Virus record (IMG/VR): IMGVR_UViG_3300031521_000009
From: a virus
Strand: one strand, 5' to 3'
Length of the DNA: 64,000 nucleotides
Below the pieces are notes generated by a model, which ran no database searches, had not been told where the DNA came from, and saw nothing but the letters and a program-made list of their open reading frames with translations. The position numbers were made by a program, and so were the translations under genes. Of this stretch, positions 48,049-58,564 are shown piece by piece. Positions within the stretch are counted from its first letter, which is position 1. Each line of letters starts with the position of its first letter.

Positions 48049-48375
48049 ATGTCAGAAGAGAAATTTGATTTATGGTGTATGGTTGAATTATTCGGCCATA
48101 ATAAGATTGCTGGTAAATGTACTGAGCAAAATATAGCAGGAACTAATATGCTTCGTGTAGATGTTCCAGAAACAACAAAACAACCGGCCTTTACTAAGTT
48201 CTATAATGGAACAGCTATTTATGCAATTAATCCAATTACTGAAGAAGTAGCTACTGATTTAGCAAATAGATTTGAAAGCACACCAGTATCAGTTTATGAA
48301 GTAAAAAATATGATTAAACGTAATATATTAGAATTAGAAGAAAAAGAACCTTTACCATGGGAGGATGAAAAATGA
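48049..48375 (+). CDS. Conserved phage hypothetical protein
   Basis: WCMVELFGH..IAG...MLRVDVP...AIYAINP. Confidence 0.7.
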   Translation: MSEEKFDLWCMVELFGHNKIAGKCTEQNIAGTNMLRVDVPETTKQPAFTKFYNGTAIYAINPITEEVATDLANRFESTPVSVYEVKNMIKRNILELEEKEPLPWEDEK

Positions 48376-48634
48376 ACAAAGAAAATATTAAACGTGCAAA
48401 TGAACTTGAAAAAGAAATAAAAGACCTTGAAGTATTAATTCCATACATTGATGCTTGTTTAAACAAATCAGAAGATGGATTTAATGGAATACAAATTGTT
48501 CTTTCATCATCTGGTTATGAAAAAAGCATATACAAAAATTCGTTCCTCAATTAATGCCGGTAATTGCTATAATAGCAAAAGATGAAATCAGAAAACAAAT
48601 CACAGAAAAAGAAGCTGAAATTGCAACACTTTAA
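48372..48634 (+). CDS. Small coiled-coil protein, possibly frameshifted at the A6 run 48520-48525
   Basis: Frame 0 stops at 48554; the -1 frame continues KHIQKFVPQLMPVIAIIAKDEIRKQITEKEAEIATL to 48634. Confidence 0.4.
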
Positions 48635-48644
48635 ATAACACAAC

Positions 48645-50123
48645 ATGTCACAAGAAATTAAAATTCATATCAAAAATTACAAACTTCTCAAAGAGGGAGA
48701 ATGGGATTTATCAAATGGTACTATCTTCTTCGCACAAGGCGGAAACAAAAAAGGTAAAACTTCTTTCTTGAATCTTATCCAAGCACTCATGGAAGTAAAA
48801 GATACTACTGTCAATCCAGTAACCTTTGGTGAGAAAGAAGGATTTGCTACCGGTACAATACCTGGCGCTGATGGTTTACAATACCAATTCCGTTATGACT
48901 TCAATATTGATGGAAAGAACAAATTTCAGTTCATTGCTCCAGACAATAAAGTTGTCAAAGGAATTACTGAAATGCGCGCTATCTTCAACTATACTCACTT
49001 CACATTGGAAGAGTTCTTTGAATGGAGTAAAACAGAACCGGGCCGTGCTAAACAACGTGCTATCTTCATGAACTTACTTTCTGAGAAAGACCGTGAAGAG
49101 ATTTTGAAAATTGATGCTCAGGTTCATCCAACCAAAGGTACAATGATTGACTCGCGCAAAGTATTGAATGCATCTGTTGACTTCTTGAAAAAGAGTATTG
49201 ACAATATCGTATTCAATCCGGAACAACAAAAGCTTATTACTGATGCGCCGGCGATTCAAACTTTGTTTACTGAACTTACTGCTCGTAAAGAAGTAATTGA
49301 TGAAACAATCAAAGGATTCGATACTTATCAAGTGAAGTTGGATGCAGAAAATGCAAAACTGGATCCATTAAAAAAATCGCATGATAAACAAGTGGAAAGT
49401 CTTACTAATTCTATTCGTTTTGCCAAAGAGGAAATTGAACGCCTTACCAAAGAGTTGGCAGCTGATGAAAAGAAATTGGAAACTGAGAATGCTGAGTACG
49501 AAACTTCTGAAAAAGCAATCACTGCAGCAATCACTGAATTGAATACTAAGTTCGATGTAAAAGTACTTGAAGCTGCAAAATTGGAATTAGATGGTGATGG
49601 TACTGAAAAGAATATCGGTCTTGCTAAACGATTAGAGATTGGCCAAACAAAAATCAATCAGTATAATCAATTGGATGTATTGGTAAAACAAAAAGCAAAG
49701 AATGAAGAAGATTATAAGAAGAAGGAAAGTGAAGTTAGTGAGTTGGACGAGAAGATTACGACTCTCCGCACCAAGAAGAAGGAAATCATCAAAAACAGCC
49801 AGAACATGCCGGTTGGTTGGTCGATTGATGATGATTATGTTACTATCGATAATATTCCTTTTCTGGAAACTGATATTTGTAAGTCGGAAGCGACTGCTGC
49901 GATTGCTCAATTGATGATGCGCGTCAATAAGGCTCCATTGATGCTTATGGGCGATGCTGAGGCCTTGGGATATGAAGTACTCAATAAGCTTGAGGAAACA
50001 GCTAAAAGTCTTGGTAAGGTAATGCTATTCGCTGAACATGTTCGTTCTGCTGATGAAATGCAATTGGTTTGCTACGATGAAGTTGATCATGAAGTAAAGA
50101 AAGAAGAGAAAGAATTGTTTTAA
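48645..50123 (+). CDS. SbcC/Rad50-like ABC ATPase
   Basis: GGNKKGKTS Walker A, long coiled coil, LMGDAEAL Walker B region. Confidence 0.75.
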   Translation: MSQEIKIHIKNYKLLKEGEWDLSNGTIFFAQGGNKKGKTSFLNLIQALMEVKDTTVNPVTFGEKEGFATGTIPGADGLQYQFRYDFNIDGKNKFQFIAPDNKVVKGITEMRAIFNYTHFTLEEFFEWSKTEPGRAKQRAIFMNLLSEKDREEILKIDAQVHPTKGTMIDSRKVLNASVDFLKKSIDNIVFNPEQQKLITDAPAIQTLFTELTARKEVIDETIKGFDTYQVKLDAENAKLDPLKKSHDKQVESLTNSIRFAKEEIERLTKELAADEKKLETENAEYETSEKAITAAITELNTKFDVKVLEAAKLELDGDGTEKNIGLAKRLEIGQTKINQYNQLDVLVKQKAKNEEDYKKKESEVSELDEKITTLRTKKKEIIKNSQNMPVGWSIDDDYVTIDNIPFLETDICKSEATAAIAQLMMRVNKAPLMLMGDAEALGYEVLNKLEETAKSLGKVMLFAEHVRSADEMQLVCYDEVDHEVKKEEKELF

Positions 50124-50164
50124 TAACTAAAACCTAGTGCGGTATAGGTAAGCCAATAATAATT

Positions 50165-50506
50165 ATGGATTTTAATCATGCAATTAAAACTTATCCAATG
50201 ATTCAAAGAATTGGATGGAATGGTAAAGGACTATTTGTATTTCAACAAGTACCTTCTGAGATACCAATAGCTGTTGTTCCGAAAATGCAATCATTACCTG
50301 AAGCAGTAAAATGTGAATTTACTCGTCGCTATGATTTAGCTAGTGATAATGGGAATAAAATGATGCAAAATAATAGCCCATTTTTGACTATTCGTTACAA
50401 CTATCAATTAGCAATAGTTGATAAAGAAAACAACATCAATGGATGGGCGCCTTCTGTTTCTGATGCATTGGCCGAAGATTGGATTGAATATATACCGGAG
50501 GTTTAA
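50165..50506 (+). CDS. DUF2829 / Tad2-like nucleotide-signal sponge
   Basis: RIGWNGKGLFV and GWAPSVSDALAEDW signature motifs. Confidence 0.8.
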   Translation: MDFNHAIKTYPMIQRIGWNGKGLFVFQQVPSEIPIAVVPKMQSLPEAVKCEFTRRYDLASDNGNKMMQNNSPFLTIRYNYQLAIVDKENNINGWAPSVSDALAEDWIEYIPEV

Positions 50507-50507
50507 A

Positions 50508-50873
50508 ATGGGAAAAGTATCAACAATTGATACCAAACGCAATCTTTGTGGTAGTTACAAAAGCAGCTACCCTGATTGCACTGGTCAGCCGGAGTTTGGA
50601 GATAATGTCGGAAATGATAATGTTATCCGATGTAATAAGTATACAAAGAAAAAAACGAATGTCATTCGCGTAGCAGTAGGTGAAGAGTATTTTGTTTATG
50701 TTCTGAAAGATCAAAATGTTTCTATGAATGATTTCATTTCAAGAAAACGTGTAGAAACAAACAACACTACAGATAATCTGTATTATGAAGTTGGAAACTA
50801 TTTTCTAACAGAGGGAGATTGTAATGAAGAGATTGAACGAGTAACAAAATTGAAGAAAAATGGCACAAGGTAA
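50508..50873 (+). CDS. Hypothetical protein
   Basis: NLC...YPDC...DNVIRC N-terminus and DNLYYEVGNYF C-terminus. Confidence 0.55.
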   Translation: MGKVSTIDTKRNLCGSYKSSYPDCTGQPEFGDNVGNDNVIRCNKYTKKKTNVIRVAVGEEYFVYVLKDQNVSMNDFISRKRVETNNTTDNLYYEVGNYFLTEGDCNEEIERVTKLKKNGTR

Positions 50874-51483
50874 ATTAATCAGTTTCGTACCACTGATGAA
50901 AAATGGCGTACAAGATACATATAGTGGAAGTAATGGTATGCTTTATAAGTTTACTGTTACTCTTGATAATGCCGGTACACAAGTAACCGGAACAGCTAAC
51001 AGCAGCAAACAACAACCATCATGGAAGATTGGTGAAGAATATACTTATGAAGTAGCGGTACAAGGAAACTATACTAATATCAAAAACATGAAGTCTATCA
51101 ATCAAGCTGGTGGTTTTGGTGGCAGTGGTGCACGCGTTCCTAATCCTAGCTTTGTAGTACAGAAATGTCTTGAAGCTTCATTGGAATGTACTTTCAAATT
51201 CTTTGAACTTAATCCAGAAGTTTATAAGAACCAAGCTGCAGAAGATGCTGTATTGAATTTGTTCTATACATTCACATTAAAAGGTGATGAACAACAACGC
51301 TGGATGAATATTGCCGGACTACGCTTTGCTCTACAAAAGATGCAAGCGAATGGTATGTTTGATAAAGTAGAAGGAGTAACACTTACTGCATGGACTATTG
51401 AAAAGGCTAAGACCATTGCCGCTTCTATGTCCTCAGTAGTAAAAGCTCAAGTAGAATTTGAAAAGACTAATCCACCTAAATAA
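50860..51483 (+). CDS. OB-fold ssDNA-binding-like protein
   Basis: YKFTVTLDN...WKIGEEYTYEV OB-like strands, Gly linker; lies between the ATPase and the nuclease. Confidence 0.5.
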   Translation: MAQGKLISFVPLMKNGVQDTYSGSNGMLYKFTVTLDNAGTQVTGTANSSKQQPSWKIGEEYTYEVAVQGNYTNIKNMKSINQAGGFGGSGARVPNPSFVVQKCLEASLECTFKFFELNPEVYKNQAAEDAVLNLFYTFTLKGDEQQRWMNIAGLRFALQKMQANGMFDKVEGVTLTAWTIEKAKTIAASMSSVVKAQVEFEKTNPPK

Positions 51484-52415
51484 TGAGTAAAACATATATC
51501 AATCAATCATTGATAAAAAAGTTCTTCTACAAAGGAGAGAAACGTGATTATTGTGCTATGGCCATAAAGGCTAATACTATTGATAAAACAGTTAGCCGGG
51601 AGTCGCTATCAATGACATGTGGTAACTATTTTGAAACACAATGTCTGGGCGCTTCTATTGGTGGAAAGAAAACACTTGACTTACCAAGAAAGAAACTTAC
51701 TGCTAAGCAAATTCTTGCTGGTCAAACAATAGGTGATAAAAAGATTGATCAGATACGTATCGACCAACAAGTGATGATGTTCAATAAACTAAAAACTGAA
51801 TATCAAATACCAATAGAGAAAGAGATGAACACCCAAGTCGGTGTAAAAAAAATATGGAGTAAGAATGACAATATTATCTTACAAGGTGAGATTGATATAT
51901 TCCCTGCTTCTATTGCATTACCGACACGTGGATTACGACTTTGTGCTATTGATTTAAAGCTTACTGGTACATTCTCTAATTATGGAGAGTTCTGTTGGGG
52001 TTCTCCATCCAATTTAGATGGCATACAAGGCAAGATGTACCATGAGTTGATACGTGACATTGATTTGGACTTTAATATGCTTGAAAACCCTGAAAGTACC
52101 ATTCATCAAGTTTTTACTCCAACGGTAAGAAACATATTAAAGAACAACGATCCTTTATTCTTCTTTTGGGTATTTAATTACAAAGAAGCAATAAGCAATA
52201 AATTCATAGAAGTTCAATATGATAAGTTAGCTCAGGCAGAACTTCATGAATCTATTCGTAGAACTGTAGAAGAGTTGAATAAGAATGAACGCGATAATTG
52301 GCAAGGTATGGTATCAAATATTGATAACTGCAGTCAGTGTGCATTATTATCTTGTCCTTCGCGAACAGAGAGAAGAAAAGAAGCAGAAGAACAACAAAAT
52401 TTCGAAGTCATTTAA
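51483..52415 (+). CDS. PD-(D/E)XK exonuclease
   Basis: LQGEIDIF...AIDLKLT, Q..MY and C-terminal CSQC...C cluster. Confidence 0.75.
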   Translation: MSKTYINQSLIKKFFYKGEKRDYCAMAIKANTIDKTVSRESLSMTCGNYFETQCLGASIGGKKTLDLPRKKLTAKQILAGQTIGDKKIDQIRIDQQVMMFNKLKTEYQIPIEKEMNTQVGVKKIWSKNDNIILQGEIDIFPASIALPTRGLRLCAIDLKLTGTFSNYGEFCWGSPSNLDGIQGKMYHELIRDIDLDFNMLENPESTIHQVFTPTVRNILKNNDPLFFFWVFNYKEAISNKFIEVQYDKLAQAELHESIRRTVEELNKNERDNWQGMVSNIDNCSQCALLSCPSRTERRKEAEEQQNFEVI

Positions 52416-52586
52416 TGAGTAACGAAAATATCAAATCAGTTATGAATACCTACAATAATGCAATGTTGCTGCGTAGGTATTTGTTGTCTGATTATATGAA
52501 CTCTAAGATAAACACAAGCGAACTTATAAGGGGTATTCAAATGTGTCAAATAATTATTATTACAAACGCTTTTATAATAAACAGAG

Positions 52587-53300
52587 ATGGCCGGATGGAC
52601 TAAAGCAGATCGAAAAGCATTTCTTGAAAGATGTGATTCAAGAAAGAATATAATGCCCCAAGAAGTAATATCAACACAAGGTAGCCTTTTTGATGATGTC
52701 ATTGAAACAGACAGTGTAAATCCCAGATATCAGAAATTACGATTAGTATTACTTTATCCAGAACTTGATACAAATGAAAAAGGTAATCCTATTCCTAAGC
52801 AGTCAGCACGTTTTATGGTTACTCGCTATAGTAATGGTCCAAAGAAAGGAGAGATTCTTATGTACACAAATAAGCATACTGGAAAGCCTGATGTACTTAT
52901 CAAATCATATCAAGATGCTCGTATCACTAATACAGTAAAAGCATTGCAATTACAAGTCCTGAAACAACTTGGTGAAATATCATTTACAAAATTCCGTGGT
53001 GCTATATTCGTTACCCGTCTTGAATTTATATTTAAAGTATCTGATTCGGCACCTAAGTATATGAAAGATGATCTTACCGCCGGCACTAAGATTTACTTTA
53101 AAGATACGGCTCCCGATTTAGATAACCTTGAAAAGATGATATGGGATGCTATGCAAGCTGAAAAGGCTGAGAAAGATGTAAAGAATGCCCTTGTAGGTCT
53201 TGTGTATGATAATGATGCACAGATAGTATCTAAGAATGGTATTTTTAAACGTTGGGGTTTACGCCCGGGTGTAATAATTGAATTAGAAGGACCTATTTAA
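52587..53300 (+). CDS. rusA: RusA-family Holliday junction resolvase
   Basis: PIPKQSARF, PDLDNLEKMIWDAM and YDNDAQIV. Confidence 0.85.
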   Translation: MAGWTKADRKAFLERCDSRKNIMPQEVISTQGSLFDDVIETDSVNPRYQKLRLVLLYPELDTNEKGNPIPKQSARFMVTRYSNGPKKGEILMYTNKHTGKPDVLIKSYQDARITNTVKALQLQVLKQLGEISFTKFRGAIFVTRLEFIFKVSDSAPKYMKDDLTAGTKIYFKDTAPDLDNLEKMIWDAMQAEKAEKDVKNALVGLVYDNDAQIVSKNGIFKRWGLRPGVIIELEGPI

Positions 53301-53308
53301 TTTAGAAT

Positions 53309-53848
53309 ATGATAAAAAGAAAAGAGCTTACTGCTTATGCTAATTCCATAATGGAACAGTCGATGAATGTTGATGGATTTTTTACTAATGAGCATAATAC
53401 TCTATTTGCAATGAAAAGTCTTTGTGATTGTACTATTGCAATAGATAAAGATAAAAAAGCAAATATAAAATCCTTTGAATTAGTAAACAATACCATTGAA
53501 CAACATTACGATTATAATTTTGAGGTATTCATGAAAGACAGTATTGAATATCATCTTGCAATGGCTTATATTGACCTTATTGAGTATTGCCAGATGAATG
53601 GGTTCAAACCAAATTTTGAACGCTGTAAAACGATTGATTTCGTCAAATATAATTATTATGACTGTCTTACTATTATTATTTCAGAGCATCAGTTTTATGA
53701 ACATCCAAAAATGGAAAAGATAGTCAATCAAATGCTTTTTCTTATTGAGCTTGTTTGTCGTCAATGGAAAATTGATTTGCATTCTATGGTAGACTATACA
53801 ATCAAATATCTTATACTAGGTAATAAATACAAAACATTCGAATTATGA
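53309..53848 (+). CDS. Hypothetical all-alpha protein, possibly degenerate MazG-like
   Basis: KDSIEYHLAMAYIDL loosely resembles KDTVEDELADxxIR. Confidence 0.35.
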   Translation: MIKRKELTAYANSIMEQSMNVDGFFTNEHNTLFAMKSLCDCTIAIDKDKKANIKSFELVNNTIEQHYDYNFEVFMKDSIEYHLAMAYIDLIEYCQMNGFKPNFERCKTIDFVKYNYYDCLTIIISEHQFYEHPKMEKIVNQMLFLIELVCRQWKIDLHSMVDYTIKYLILGNKYKTFEL

Positions 53849-54150
53849 AAACAATTGAAGAAGCCGTAAAAGAGTATTGTAGTATAAAAGACGAAGATTC
53901 AAAATGGGCGTTCGAACATGGTGTTGAATTTGCACAGCGTTGGATACCTATCAAAGAAGATTTACCTAAAATAGAATCAGGAGAACCTTATTCTGATAGA
54001 TTTTTATTGAAGTGTAAAATATTCAAATCTATAAAAACATTTTTATGTGTTAGAACTGTCTATGGTGAATTTGTTGTAGAAGGAATGAAAAATGAAATAC
54101 TTGATCAACATTATCAACCAATAGAATGGCGACCTATTGAATTAAAATAA
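53845..54150 (+). CDS. DUF551-like protein
   Basis: GVEFAQRWIPIKEDLP...IEWRPI. Confidence 0.65.
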   Translation: MKTIEEAVKEYCSIKDEDSKWAFEHGVEFAQRWIPIKEDLPKIESGEPYSDRFLLKCKIFKSIKTFLCVRTVYGEFVVEGMKNEILDQHYQPIEWRPIELK

Positions 54151-54156
54151 AAGAAT

Positions 54157-54531
54157 ATGATATCAACAAAAATTTATACTAAAGCAGAAATAGCTGAGAA
54201 AGAAGCAAGAGTAGAAGCATTGATATATCTTGTTCATCAGCTTGCTGACATACAAGAAGGATATATTCTTGATGCAATGGAAATACTAAAAGATGTAGGT
54301 GATTACCGGTTTCGTATAAAACAGGATATCGATAAGATTAAACATCTTACCGGAACACTTCGTGAAGAAGTATGGAAACGTAACAAAGACAATATACCGG
54401 CAGTAGTATTGTTCGGAGAAGAAAGTGAATCACTTAGAAATGTAATTGAGAATTTCTTTTTTAATATTGACCTTAATGAAATGGTTCCGGCTTGTACTGA
54501 CACAAATGACATTTACACTCAAAATCCATAA
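54157..54531 (+). CDS. Hypothetical protein
   Basis: ORF track. Confidence 0.55.
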   Translation: MISTKIYTKAEIAEKEARVEALIYLVHQLADIQEGYILDAMEILKDVGDYRFRIKQDIDKIKHLTGTLREEVWKRNKDNIPAVVLFGEESESLRNVIENFFFNIDLNEMVPACTDTNDIYTQNP

Positions 54532-54533
54532 TC

Positions 54534-54941
54534 ATGGCTAAAGGATCAAATGCTTTTAAAGAAACGATATTGAATTATGTATGTGCTCTTGCTGATAAAG
54601 ATGAACTCTTTGCAGCAAAGTACGCTAATTCAAAAAAGAACATTGATGATTGTGTTACCTACATTCTCAATTATGTACAAACAAGTGGTGAAACTGGATT
54701 TACTGATGCTGAGATATTCGGACAAGCAGTACACTACTATGAAGAAGAAAATATCAATGTTGGAAAACCAGTCAATACTCGTGTAGTAATCAATCATAAA
54801 GTTGAACTTACACCGGAAGAACTTGAAAAAGCTAAAGCAGCTGCAAAAGAAAGAGTATATACTGAAACAGCTAGTTCTATGAAAAAATCTGTAAGAAAAA
54901 TAGCTACACCAGTTATTCAACAACCTACTTTATTTGATTAA
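54534..54941 (+). CDS. PcfK-like protein
   Basis: FKETI...DELFA..Y....KNIDDCVTYILNYVQ.SG..GFTDAEIFGQAVHYYEE. Confidence 0.85.
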   Translation: MAKGSNAFKETILNYVCALADKDELFAAKYANSKKNIDDCVTYILNYVQTSGETGFTDAEIFGQAVHYYEEENINVGKPVNTRVVINHKVELTPEELEKAKAAAKERVYTETASSMKKSVRKIATPVIQQPTLFD

Positions 54942-56188
54942 TGAAACCACGTACCAAACTTCAACTTCGGATAGTAAATGATATATCCAGCAAGTTGAAA
55001 CCTATTACTAAGAAACAAATTAATTGGGCCATAAAGACCGGATTTCCTTGTGAGGGTTATCGTACTAAAACAAAAGGGACAACATGTATGGAATGCGCTA
55101 CTGTGTTCCATACAGACAAAGAGAAGTGTACTTGCCCGGAATGTGGTAAGAAATTGAATATCGTTGATACTAAAAAGAAGTTAGCACAAAATCAAGTAAC
55201 TATTTCCATAATAGAAACAGTTGAAGAGTTTCAGATAATGCGTTATTTCTCTTTTATTCGATATTATAGTAAAGGTGATAAAGTAAAATATGCACATATT
55301 GAAGGATGCCGAAATTTTCTTGATGATAACAATAAGCTTACAACAATGTCCAGACTTATATATGCCGGTTATGGTTATTCTATTGATGGATATATGTGGA
55401 GTTCTGCATTAGAACTAAGAAACTTTGTTTTTAATCATCATGATATTTATGCTGATTATGTTTATCTAAATCCTACTATTCGACCAATATATAAACAACG
55501 AGGACTTGATTCTGATTTCTTTGATATACGTCCATTGTTTATGTTTCGTTCTTTACTTACTAATAATAAGATTGAGACATTACTAAAGACCGGTCAAACA
55601 AGTTTAATTGAGTTTCAGTGTTACAAGAATGATATTGATTTTAAATTATTATGGCCAACTATCCGTATTTGTATGCGTAATAACTACATTATCAAAGATG
55701 CAAATATGTGGATGGATTATATCAATTTCTTGATGAAGTTCAAGAAAGACATTCTCAATCCAAAGTATGTTTGCCCTGTTGATTTAAAGTTAGAACATGA
55801 TATTTACATGAATAGAAACTTCATGATTGTAAATGGACCTGGATTAAAGATATTGGCAAAGAAATCAGTTGTTTATTCCGACTTACTTATCACTGATGGT
55901 AAAATAGAAGTTGTTCCTTTAAAGACATTAGAGGAATACAAAGAGGAAGGAATTGGATTGAAGCATTGTGTGTTCAAGAGCAGTTATTATGATAGACCCA
56001 AATCACTTATTCTAAGCGCGCGTATTGACTCCAAACGTATTGAGACAGTAGAAGTATCACTTGAAACATTTAAAGTCGTACAGTGCCATGGTTGGAACAA
56101 TCAAAACAGTAAGTATCATGACAAGATTGTTCAATTGGTAAATGAGAATGGAAATGTCATTCGAAAACTAACAAAAAAGGCTATATGA
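54941..56188 (+). CDS. PcfJ-domain protein
   Basis: MKPRTKLQ start, CMEC/CPECG Zn finger, EEGIGLKHCV...RIETVEV...VVQCHG. Confidence 0.85.
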   Translation: MKPRTKLQLRIVNDISSKLKPITKKQINWAIKTGFPCEGYRTKTKGTTCMECATVFHTDKEKCTCPECGKKLNIVDTKKKLAQNQVTISIIETVEEFQIMRYFSFIRYYSKGDKVKYAHIEGCRNFLDDNNKLTTMSRLIYAGYGYSIDGYMWSSALELRNFVFNHHDIYADYVYLNPTIRPIYKQRGLDSDFFDIRPLFMFRSLLTNNKIETLLKTGQTSLIEFQCYKNDIDFKLLWPTIRICMRNNYIIKDANMWMDYINFLMKFKKDILNPKYVCPVDLKLEHDIYMNRNFMIVNGPGLKILAKKSVVYSDLLITDGKIEVVPLKTLEEYKEEGIGLKHCVFKSSYYDRPKSLILSARIDSKRIETVEVSLETFKVVQCHGWNNQNSKYHDKIVQLVNENGNVIRKLTKKAI

Positions 56189-56742
56189 AAAACGTAACTA
56201 ATCTAGCAAAGCAATATGCTCTTTCATTATTTAGTAATCCAGTTCAAGTTACTATTCGTAAAATAATTGAAGATGCATACATCAAAGGATTTCAAAAATG
56301 CGATGAATTTATTGATATGACATTATTAAAGCATCCAATGAATACTGATATCATAGTAAGAACCCATAAAGGGAGTACTTACTTTGGTAAGTTTAAAGTA
56401 GTAGGACATGATGTTGTATTCCGGCCAGACCTCACAGATGGTGAGGAAGATTTGAAATATGAAATAATTAAAGAATGGAAAAACGTGATTAATAAATAAG
56501 TAATATGATAATAGACGAATCAAATAATTGGATAATAATGACAACTGAGAATGTTGTCCTGCATCAAGACACTCAAGAAAGAATACAAATGACTTGGGAC
56601 TGTAATACTCGTACATTAGAGGATTTACAAAGTGAGTATCGACATACACATACTATGGAAGATATGGCAAGGGTTTATCAAGAAGAACAGATTGATTACA
56701 AAGGAGAATTATTATTAATGGAAATACATAACAGCTTAGTCA

Positions 56743-57144
56743 ATGATTAAAGTAAGAGATATTACCGAAGCAAAAGCAATTGATTTGTTTACTTCTCAGT
56801 TTGGAACTGATATAGAAATCCGTTATGAAAAATTTGTAGAAGAAACTACAGAACTTCATGAAGCTATGTCTACATATATTGGTAATAAGTCACCAGAAGC
56901 ATTAGAACACCTACGTGACGAGTTTTCTGATGTTCAAGGTACGTTTACTCATTTAGCTAGTTTATTTAGCTTATATCAACAAGAAATGCTTCATAACTGT
57001 ATAGACAAAGTAACAGGTCGAATGATTGATCCAAACTATAAACGATTTACAAGTGGAAGAGAAATGTTTGAAGTTGGAAAAGTAGTTCCAGGATTTGTAG
57101 AACATAGTTCTGTTCTAAATGTAAAGCAAGATATAAAGAAATAA
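56743..57144 (+). CDS. MazG-like NTP pyrophosphohydrolase
   Basis: KFVEETTEL..A...HLRDEFSDV (EExxE...ExxD). Confidence 0.7.
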   Translation: MIKVRDITEAKAIDLFTSQFGTDIEIRYEKFVEETTELHEAMSTYIGNKSPEALEHLRDEFSDVQGTFTHLASLFSLYQQEMLHNCIDKVTGRMIDPNYKRFTSGREMFEVGKVVPGFVEHSSVLNVKQDIKK

Positions 57145-57274
57145 ATAAAAAGAAATAGTATGGGAAAAATTAAATGTATAACCTTTGATAAAGATGCACA
57201 AGACTCACTTCCACAACATATCAAAGATAAAATGAAAGCTGATAGAGATGCGGCAAGAAATAATAAAGAATAAT

Positions 57275-57628
57275 ATGGAACATAAAACAAATGGTAGAGC
57301 TGTATTTTATACAGTTCTATGGGAAGATTTTAGAAAAGCAGCTTTAGAACTTGGATGGGCTTTAGCTTTACATGGTTCAATGGCTTCTGATATGGATATT
57401 ATGGCAATGCCTTGGACGGAAGAAGCTAAACCAACAGAAGAACTTATAAAAGCTATTTCAGATAGAATAGGACAAACAGTTTGGAGTAATACACATTATA
57501 AACCACACTTTGATAAACCACATGGAAGAATAGTTTATACATTATGTATATCTACTGATTGGTATATTGATTTAAGTATAATTTGTCCTACTTCACTCGT
57601 TTCTATTTATAACGAAAACAATAAATAG
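57275..57628 (+). CDS. Minimal nucleotidyltransferase-like protein
   Basis: LALHGSMASDMDIMAMPW (GS..D.D) and KPHGR. Confidence 0.6.
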   Translation: MEHKTNGRAVFYTVLWEDFRKAALELGWALALHGSMASDMDIMAMPWTEEAKPTEELIKAISDRIGQTVWSNTHYKPHFDKPHGRIVYTLCISTDWYIDLSIICPTSLVSIYNENNK

Positions 57629-57629
57629 T

Positions 57630-58004
57630 ATGAATAAAGTAAAAATACATCAATTTGATCCAGTAATCTATCCGTATAAAATATGGGTAGTCGTAAATAA
57701 TATACCGGATATTATTTCTGAACAATTTTATCAATTCGATAGCAAAGAAATTGAATCTTTTGATAACTGTTCAAACTTAGATGCTTTTACAATGCCGGTA
57801 AGAAATAAAGTAAATTCAAAGTATGGTTGTATATTGTTCTTTTCATCAAAAGAAAGTATGACATACAACATTGTTGCTCATGAAGCATGTCATGCAGCTA
57901 AGAACTTATTTGAATACATTGATGCTGATATGAAACATCATGAACCATTTGAATATGTTGTTGGATGGATTGCCGAATGTTGTGAAACAGTAAAAAACAT
58001 TTGA
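57630..58004 (+). CDS. Zincin-like metallopeptidase-domain protein
   Basis: IVAHEACHAA...HEPFEY. Confidence 0.65.
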   Translation: MNKVKIHQFDPVIYPYKIWVVVNNIPDIISEQFYQFDSKEIESFDNCSNLDAFTMPVRNKVNSKYGCILFFSSKESMTYNIVAHEACHAAKNLFEYIDADMKHHEPFEYVVGWIAECCETVKNI

Positions 58005-58005
58005 T

Positions 58006-58521
58006 ATGGGATTAAAGAAAAAAAAAGAAGTATCTATTCTTTCAGCAAATTCTATTATACAAGGATTTATTGACAGAGTAATGATAAACAAACCTCAGAA
58101 CAAAATAATACCGAATGTATTTTTAGGCCATTGGGAATGTGATTTGCTTGAAATAACAAAATCTGATTATTTGTATGAATATGAAGTAAAGATATCTCGT
58201 TCTGATTTTAAAGCAGATGCTGAAAAAGAGAAACGTTATTTCAAAAAAGAAAATATTAAAAAGCATGATCATATAGTTCAAGGTAAAAGGACTAACTACT
58301 TTTATTATATTGTTCCTGTAAATATGATTACAGTTAGTGAGGTTCCTGAATTTGCTGGTCTTATTTATTGCGAAAACTACAATGGATATTTTTCTTTCAA
58401 TGTAGTAAAGTCAGCACCTAAAATACATTCAATAAAAGCAACAGCTGAACAAAAATATAAAATCTTAGAAAGCTGTTATTATCGTTTTCATTCTCTTCGA
58501 AAGAAGAATGATAAAATATAA
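58006..58521 (+). CDS. MmcB-like restriction-endonuclease-fold protein
   Basis: WECDLL...EYEVKISRSDFKAD...NYFYYIVP...PEFAGLI. Confidence 0.7.
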   Translation: MGLKKKKEVSILSANSIIQGFIDRVMINKPQNKIIPNVFLGHWECDLLEITKSDYLYEYEVKISRSDFKADAEKEKRYFKKENIKKHDHIVQGKRTNYFYYIVPVNMITVSEVPEFAGLIYCENYNGYFSFNVVKSAPKIHSIKATAEQKYKILESCYYRFHSLRKKNDKI

Positions 58522-58564
58522 ATTTGTAGATTGTAATCCTATCTTTTTATTTACATTTGTACGT

